The position numbers were made by a program, and so were the translations under genes. A model generated the notes under the pieces. The model saw nothing but the letters and a program-made list of their open reading frames with translations, was not told where the DNA came from and did no database searches. Shown here one piece after another: positions 50,654 through 52,314 of a stretch of DNA of 52,314 nt. The stretch covers positions 30,514,856-30,567,169 of the forward strand of contig NC_068998.1 of the NCBI RefSeq assembly GCF_001194135.2, given 5' to 3'. How positions within the stretch are numbered: position 1 is the first letter of the stretch; every line of letters starts with the position of its first letter. This DNA comes from Octopus bimaculoides. Lineage: Eukaryota.

Positions 50654-50940
50654 ACTAGCAGTATAGCCCGGCTTTTCCCGGGATTAAGTTGGGATTATTA
50701 AGCTAATCAAGTTCTTTATTTCAAACCATACTAAGTAACATGACATCAAATTTGGGCAGAATCAGTGTTGCAACTGGAGCGCATGGGTTGAGAGTTTGAT
50801 CGGCAGAACCAGAGTTTGAACATTCAGAACCAGAGATGAGGAAACCATGACTACAAAAATTTTCAAAAAGTTTTTTTTACTCCCCTCAAACAAGAGTATG
50901 TCCAAAACCTAATATCTCATAACACAAGATTTAAAAATAA
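50654..50940 (+). mobile_element. Possible non-autonomous Helitron-like element
   Basis: Starts tactagcagtatagcccggcttttcccggg, a CTAG plus subterminal hairpin pattern; other end not established. Confidence 0.35.
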
Positions 50941-50959
50941 AATGGCTGCTCTACCACCT

Positions 50960-51945
50960 GACCATGTCACGGATAGTCAGAAGAAATGCAATGCATTATC
51001 TGATTGCAACCATTATAAGCCATCAGTTGGACACGTATATAAAGATGTTAGGAATAGATACTGGAAAAGAAATAGTGGTAGTGAGGAGATGAGTAAAACC
51101 AAATGCTCATGTTCCAGAATATAGAAAGTCATATTGCTTGTCCCCCCCACCTTTTTTTTTTCTCCTAGAGTAAGCAACTTGCCCAAGCTGTTTTTTAAGA
51201 TTCTGAAGGAGAATTTCACAAAGAATTGTAAATACTACAGCATCTGCAATAAGTCTTCCATCAAATTTTCTTACTCAATAATGCCAAATTTGGCCTCCAT
51301 TATTGCATCTATTAATAGAAGCAAGTTAAATGGGCAAGTGTAGAGGAAATAGTATTCTTCTGCTGGGAAGCCTGGTATTGGGTAGGCGTAAGCTCTAATA
51401 CGCCTAAGGTTAGTGTTACAAACCATTTGCTCACACCGGTCTTATCGATCCCCAGTAATGAAATATGTGAAGGAAAGAATGCGGAAAGCCAGATAAGTAA
51501 TGTTAGTTTTAGTAATAAGGTCAAGGATGGCTCTGGTAAATCCTGTAATTGTAGAAACCCTGGATTATGTCCCCTTGATGGGTTATATTTGATGCCATAT
51601 ATAAATGCAAAGAGGAGGGTAATCTGGATAAGTTTTATATAGGCAGTACTGCAAATTTTAAGGCTAGGTATAGGGCCCACATGAATTCGTTTTCGAACGA
51701 AAAACATTGCAACTCTACTACACTTGCCTCTTATATATATGGTTTAAAGAGGAATAATAAAAGTTATTCTCTTGAATGGTTTGTTATATCAAGGGCCCCT
51801 TATTTTAGAGTTAATACTAATAAGTGTAAGTTATGTGTAAGGGAATCCCTTGCCATCCTTAAGTCTTTTGGGCCTAAAACTTTAAATAAATTTACTAAGG
51901 TGATCCCTTTTTGCAACCATAAGTTTTCTTCTACTTTTCTCAAAG
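50960..51945 (+). mobile_element. Penelope-like element linker and GIY-YIG endonuclease remnant
   Basis: KFSYSIMPNL, CNCRNPGLCPLDG, FYIGSTANFKARYRAH, STTLASYI, KCKLCVRE. Confidence 0.9.
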
Positions 51946-52185
51946 TGTATAGAAGAAAAAGTAGATGTAGTAAATTATATTTAGTTTTACAGGGTTTTGA
52001 AGCTGGTGAGTTAAAACTTCTATCAACAACAGCCACCTGCATGTTTAGCATTGAAATAATTGGGTTTTTTTTTTTTTTGTGTGTGTGTTAGAAAATTTGG
52101 ATTAGTCCTGTGATGAGTTTACCTTGAAATTAGCCATGTGGTGTTGTATGAACTTTTTGGTTTTGCTTTGTGCGTGTTTCCTGTT

Positions 52186-52268
52186 CATCCTGATGAGGGG
52201 GTCATTGCCAAGATGCACTTTAAATGTAATCAAACAGCGGCAATGAAAACCTGAAATGGCCATAGGTG
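52186..52268 (+). ncRNA. Minimal type I hammerhead ribozyme in the PLE 3' terminal region
   Basis: catc-CTGATGA-Ggg..tcattgcc...ggcaatga..ccT-GAAA-tggcca-TA-ggtg, with palindromic stem III ATGGCCAT and an AUA triplet. Confidence 0.8.
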
Positions 52269-52314
52269 TGTTTGAATTGATTTTGTGGAACTCTTTTGGC
52301 TCCTGGACTCTGAC

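Overview
This is an AT-rich, microsatellite-rich animal genomic window with six N gaps (2782-3229, 15432-15441, ~37617-37625, ~38567-38834, 42361-42957, ~48045-48474). The SINE families and composition suggest an octopus or other coleoid cephalopod, which is an inference. Most of the window is decayed transposable elements. It holds a ~11 kb cluster of Tx1/L1-clade LINE copies (1.4-12.6 kb) that includes one near full-length copy. It also holds two Gypsy regions, one split by a Chapaev3-like DNA transposon, plus a Buster-type hAT with TIRs and TSD, three mariner remnants and piggyBac-type MITEs. Several RTE-clade LINEs, CR1/L2-like fragments, four Penelope-like (PLE) remnants and tRNA-derived SINEs complete the set. 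I found no intact TE ORF. Two phase-compatible minus-strand exons look like the 3' end of a host gene, and there is one candidate plus-strand exon. The main leads are four. (1) The same ~25-30 nt motif follows three Tx1 3' ends, suggesting a sequence-specific, array-forming LINE. (2) A SINE carries the same 3' tail as that LINE. (3) There are six minimal hammerhead ribozyme folds: two intact, one of them inside a 132-bp inverted repeat, and four degenerate. (4) A ~65-bp double-hairpin array in RTE 3' UTRs varies in unit number between copies. All calls were made by eye, and TE boundaries are approximate unless a TIR or TSD is cited.
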